Positions 31,754-32,000 of a stretch of 32,000 nt of DNA are shown here, one piece after another. A program made the translations under genes and the position numbers. Where the stretch lies: assembly GCA_963706795.1 (NCBI GenBank), contig OY970170.1, forward strand, positions 510,001-542,000, written 5' to 3'. The notes beneath the pieces were generated by a model that did not search any database, had not been told where the DNA came from, and was given only the letters and a program-made list of their open reading frames with translations. The stretch comes from Candidatus Saccharimonadota bacterium (GTDB lineage: Bacteria; Patescibacteriota; Gracilibacteria; BD1-5; UBA2023). Position 1 is the first letter of the stretch. Each line of letters starts with the position of its first letter.

Positions 31754-32000
31754 ATATCTTGTATAGACCAAAAGCCAAAAAACGCAAGCATGGCCGGGTA
31801 ATTGACTTTTCCGTACTTTCAGTACGATGAATCAAATCCAAGAATCGAAATCGCCTTCGGGGCGCCACTACTCATAAAAATAATTTCATGCCGCAATTGC
31901 TCATCTGACTCCTCGCCTGAGGGGTTGTCTCGGGTATTCTATCGTTTGTTATCATAACAAAGAAGATCCGATCACTCGCCGTTCAAGAAGAATCCAAAGC

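Noticed and set aside
31754-32000. Possible 3' end of a minus-strand CDS entering from beyond the window (stops at 31949-31951 or 31939-31941, depending on frame), and small hairpins at about 31812-31828
   Set aside because: There are only 15-20 codons with no recognisable sequence and an ambiguous frame. There is too little evidence to call a feature.

Overview
This 32-kb bacterial window reads UGA as glycine, not stop (translation table 25, as in Gracilibacteria/Absconditabacteria-type Patescibacteria). The supplied ORF track uses the standard code and splits about 20 genes. I rejoined them by hand across in-frame TGA; every rejoined gene ends in TAA or TAG.

Contents, left to right:
- Minus-strand ribosomal cluster infA-rpmJ-rpsM-rpsK-rpsD-rpoA-rplQ-rplM-rpsI(partial), preceded by infB and a stand-alone cNMP-binding protein.
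- Housekeeping genes: peroxiredoxin, ABC ATPase, HAD nucleotidase-like, Nudix, mnmA, RlmI-like methyltransferase.
- A PadR / HAAS-PspC envelope-stress pair with a palindromic operator.
- A FemAB-like transferase.
- A minus-strand rRNA operon 16S-23S-5S followed by tRNA-Arg(UCU), tRNA-Val(GAC) and tRNA-Val(UAC). There is no tRNA in the 16S-23S spacer.
- A tRNA(CAU) gene split by a 684-nt IC3-like group I intron. The intron carries an HNH endonuclease ORF on the opposite strand.
- Two tRNA-Ser genes, each followed by a terminator and then one or more ~120-nt structured elements.
- A TPR lipoprotein.
- A tightly overlapping minus-strand operon: rubredoxin-SOR fusion, thioredoxin-like ferredoxin, era, Rrf2, SAM methyltransferase.

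The best candidate for something undescribed is the element downstream of the tRNA-Ser genes. Its 3' end copies the last 20 nt of the adjacent tRNA, starting in the T-loop. There are 3 identical tandem copies after tRNA-Ser(GCU) and 1 diverged copy after tRNA-Ser(UGA). The diverged copy carries compensatory stem changes.

All calls come from reading the sequence by eye. No searches were run. rRNA ends and intron junctions are approximate.
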